From NCBI RefSeq assembly GCF_000011805.1, contig NC_006840.2: DNA of 32,000 bases; one strand, 5' to 3'. Under the pieces are notes generated by a model that saw nothing but the letters and a program-made list of their open reading frames with translations, ran no database searches and had not been told where the DNA came from. Shown here one piece after another: positions 29,691-32,000 of this stretch. Numbering within the stretch: the first letter of the stretch is position 1; each line of letters begins with the position of its first letter. The translations under genes were made by a program, and so were the position numbers. This stretch comes from Aliivibrio fischeri ES114. GTDB taxonomy: Bacteria; Pseudomonadota; Gammaproteobacteria; Enterobacterales; Vibrionaceae.

Positions 29691-31598
29691 ATGATGGATT
29701 ATCGTGTAGACCTTGTTGTCTTATCAGACAAAGAAAAGTTAAACCGTTTTGGCTTAACCTTACATAATTTAAGCGATGTGGATCTTCATCATTGGCAATT
29801 ACAATTTACTATTGATCGTTTTATTGCACCTGAAAGTAATTCCCAAGGAACATTAGAACAAGTCGGTAGTTTTTGTAAATTAACTCCAGATGCCAACCAA
29901 GTACTAAAAGCAAATAATCACTATTATGTTGAATTTAGTATTGGTACCGCACCTTTTCGCTTTATCACCGATGGTTTAGATGATGCCGCTATTTTTGTTG
30001 ATGATGGCAAAAATACTCATTTTTTAGATGTATCGATCTCACCGATTGTTTTGGCTTCACCATACTCAGAGAGAACGTCTATCCCTAGAGTTGCTCCTTC
30101 TGAACTGTCTCTTATTCCAAAACCAGAATCAGTACAACGTTTTGATGGCCAATTTAATCTAAAAGATAAAATCTCTCTAGAAACACAAACCCATTTAGCA
30201 CAAGGTGCCGCCCAGTGGTTAAGTGATGAATTAGAAAACATTACTTCTTTAAAGTATCCGATTAAATCACAAGGTCAGATCCAATTCATTGCTAATCCAA
30301 CATTAGATAAAGGTGCATATCAACTTTCAGTATCTGAAGATATCATCACTCTTACTGCAGGCTCTAATGAGGGATTCGTTCACGCATCTGCGACGCTTTT
30401 GCAATTAATAAATGAAAGAACACACTTAATCCCGTGTGCAAAAATCAAAGACCAACCACGCTTTCACTATCGTGGAATGATGCTAGATTGTGCAAGACAC
30501 TTCCATCCACTAGAGCGTGTAAAACGTTTAATTAATCAATTAGCTCATTATAAATTTAACACTTTCCATTGGCATTTAACGGATGACGAAGGATGGCGAG
30601 TAGAAATAAAAGCCTTTCCTGAATTAACGCAAATTGGTGCATGGCGTGGGCCAGAAGAAGTGATTGAGCCACAATACACTCATATAGCAGAAAAGCATGG
30701 TGGTTATTATTCTCAAGAAGAGATTAAAGACGTCATTGCTTATGCAGAACAGCGTGGAATAACAGTAATACCTGAAATCGATATTCCAGGCCATTGCCGT
30801 GCAGCTATTAAATCACTACCTCATTTGTTAATTGATTCTGACGATAATTCGGTTTATCGCAGTATTCAACACTACACAGATAATGTGCTATCACCGGCAA
30901 TCGAAGGTACCTATCAATTTATTGATACTGTGCTCGAAGAAATTGCAGATCTTTTCCCTGCACCATACGTTCATATTGGTGCAGATGAAGTTCCAAAAGG
31001 GGTTTGGACTGATAGTGAAAAATGTCAAAAATTAATGGAAGAGCAAGGTTATAGCGACCCTGTTGAATTGCAAGGTCACCTACTTCGTCATGCTGAAAAC
31101 AAATTAAAACAACTAGGCAAACAGATGCTTGGTTGGGAAGAAGCTCAGCATGGTAATAAAGTCAGCAAAGATACCGTTATTTACTCTTGGTTAAGTGAAG
31201 AAGCAGCATTAAATTGTGCCAAACAAGGTTTTGATGTCGTACTCCAACCCGGTCAAACCACCTATTTAGATATGGCACAAGATTATGCTCCTGAAGAGCC
31301 TGGAGTAGATTGGGCAAATGTTCTTCCTCTTGAAGAGGCTTATAACTACGAACCTCTTGCTGAATTAGCTGATAACGACCCTATTCGTAAACGCATTCTC
31401 GGAATTCAATGTGCACTTTGGTGTGAAATCATCAATAACCAAGAGCGCATGGATTACATGATTTTCCCACGTCTTTTAGCAATATCTGAAGGAATGTGGA
31501 CACAAAAACAACACAGAAACTGGACAGACTTTTTAGCAAGGTTAAATGGACGATTACCAACCCTAACACGTCAGGGTATTAATTTCCGTCAACCATAA
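29691..31598 (+). CDS. Beta-N-acetylhexosaminidase, GH20, cytoplasmic
   Basis: 635 aa with no signal peptide. The GH20 catalytic domain carries HWHLTDDEGWR and the catalytic D-E pair in HIGADEVP. It occupies the slot of VC0613. The start could be either of the tandem ATGs at 29691 and 29694. Confidence 0.9.
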   Translation: MMDYRVDLVVLSDKEKLNRFGLTLHNLSDVDLHHWQLQFTIDRFIAPESNSQGTLEQVGSFCKLTPDANQVLKANNHYYVEFSIGTAPFRFITDGLDDAAIFVDDGKNTHFLDVSISPIVLASPYSERTSIPRVAPSELSLIPKPESVQRFDGQFNLKDKISLETQTHLAQGAAQWLSDELENITSLKYPIKSQGQIQFIANPTLDKGAYQLSVSEDIITLTAGSNEGFVHASATLLQLINERTHLIPCAKIKDQPRFHYRGMMLDCARHFHPLERVKRLINQLAHYKFNTFHWHLTDDEGWRVEIKAFPELTQIGAWRGPEEVIEPQYTHIAEKHGGYYSQEEIKDVIAYAEQRGITVIPEIDIPGHCRAAIKSLPHLLIDSDDNSVYRSIQHYTDNVLSPAIEGTYQFIDTVLEEIADLFPAPYVHIGADEVPKGVWTDSEKCQKLMEEQGYSDPVELQGHLLRHAENKLKQLGKQMLGWEEAQHGNKVSKDTVIYSWLSEEAALNCAKQGFDVVLQPGQTTYLDMAQDYAPEEPGVDWANVLPLEEAYNYEPLAELADNDPIRKRILGIQCALWCEIINNQERMDYMIFPRLLAISEGMWTQKQHRNWTDFLARLNGRLPTLTRQGINFRQP

Positions 31599-31636
31599 GT
31601 CACCCATTTATTAGTATTTTAGTTAAGGATAAAAAA

Positions 31637-32000
31637 ATGAAATACGGTTTTTTCGATAACGACAATCGTGAATATGTCATCACACGCCCTGACGTACCAG
31701 CACCATGGACTAACTACTTAGGTACAGAAAAGTTCTGTACGGTTATTTCTCACAATGCTGGCGGTTACTCTTTCTATAACTCTCCAGAGTACAACCGTGT
31801 TACTAAGTTCCGCCCAAATGGCACATTTGATCGCCCAGGACATTATGTTTATTTACGTGATGATGAAACTGGTGATTACTGGTCAATCTCATGGCAACCA
31901 GTAGCAAAAAGCTTAGACGAAGCAAACTATGAAGTTCGCCACGGTCTTTCTTACTCAAAATTCAAATGTGAGTACAACGGTATTGAAGCAACAAAAACGT
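31637..32000 (+). CDS. chbP: N,N'-diacetylchitobiose phosphorylase (GH94), N-terminal 121 codons; continues past the window end
   Basis: The open frame starts at the ATG at 31637 (RBS TAAGGA) and encodes MKYGFFDNDNREYVITRPDVPAPWTNYLGTEKFCTVISHNAGGYSFYNSPEYNRVTKFRPNG... This is the conserved N-terminus of Vibrio ChbP/cellobiose-phosphorylase family enzymes (VC0612 slot). It is absent from the ORF track because no stop codon occurs within the window. Confidence 0.88.
   Translation, partial: MKYGFFDNDNREYVITRPDVPAPWTNYLGTEKFCTVISHNAGGYSFYNSPEYNRVTKFRPNGTFDRPGHYVYLRDDETGDYWSISWQPVAKSLDEANYEVRHGLSYSKFKCEYNGIEATKT

Noticed and set aside
9390-30241. Antisense or out-of-frame track ORFs nested in long genes. 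These start at 9390, 11824, 12885, 13097, 13180, 15400, 18016, 19273, 20305, 22059, 24563, 25739, 25963, 28547, 28557, 28755, 30017 and 30832.
   Set aside because: Each is fully embedded in a longer ORF with a clear family assignment. They lack RBSs and have the S/L/R-rich, shadow-frame composition typical of antisense frames.

Overview
This window looks like conserved chromosomal core from a low-GC member of the Vibrionaceae. An Aliivibrio/Photobacterium-like organism is my inference from the roughly 39% GC content and the gene order, and I have not verified it.

Gene content, left to right:
- The 5' two thirds of an rRNA operon on the minus strand: 23S, a spacer carrying tRNA-Glu(UUC), 16S, a leader with boxA, and a promoter with an UP element.
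- A housekeeping block: mtnN, a CobD/CbiB-like membrane protein, a YadS-type channel, a MepM-like M23 endopeptidase, a two-gene RND efflux operon, erpA, hemL, an AI-2E family transporter and rsmC.
- The chitin-sensing locus: the hybrid sensor kinase ChiS, a 619-bp control region, and the (GlcNAc)2/chitobiose utilisation operon. The operon encodes the binding protein CBP, two permeases, two ATPases, a cytoplasmic GH9 hydrolase, a glucosamine/GlcNAc kinase, a GH20 hexosaminidase and the start of the GH94 chitobiose phosphorylase.

I found no mobile elements, CRISPR arrays, defence islands, pseudogenes or compositional islands, and I cannot support a claim of a wholly new system.

The parts most worth follow-up are non-coding or very small:
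- The chiS-cbp control region is densely patterned. It holds two ~30-bp direct repeats that each embed a CRP-like site, three evenly spaced ACG/CGT dyads, and a perfect 15-bp palindrome next to the cbp start.
- A GC-rich hairpin without a U-tract lies between cbp and the permease genes.
- A 36-codon Cys-rich membrane ORF between hemL and the AI-2E gene is missing from the ORF track.
- The RND operon has no adjacent regulator but carries a dyad in its promoter region.
- Gene order is rearranged relative to the E. coli mtnN-btuF-yadS-erpA-clcA-hemL cluster.
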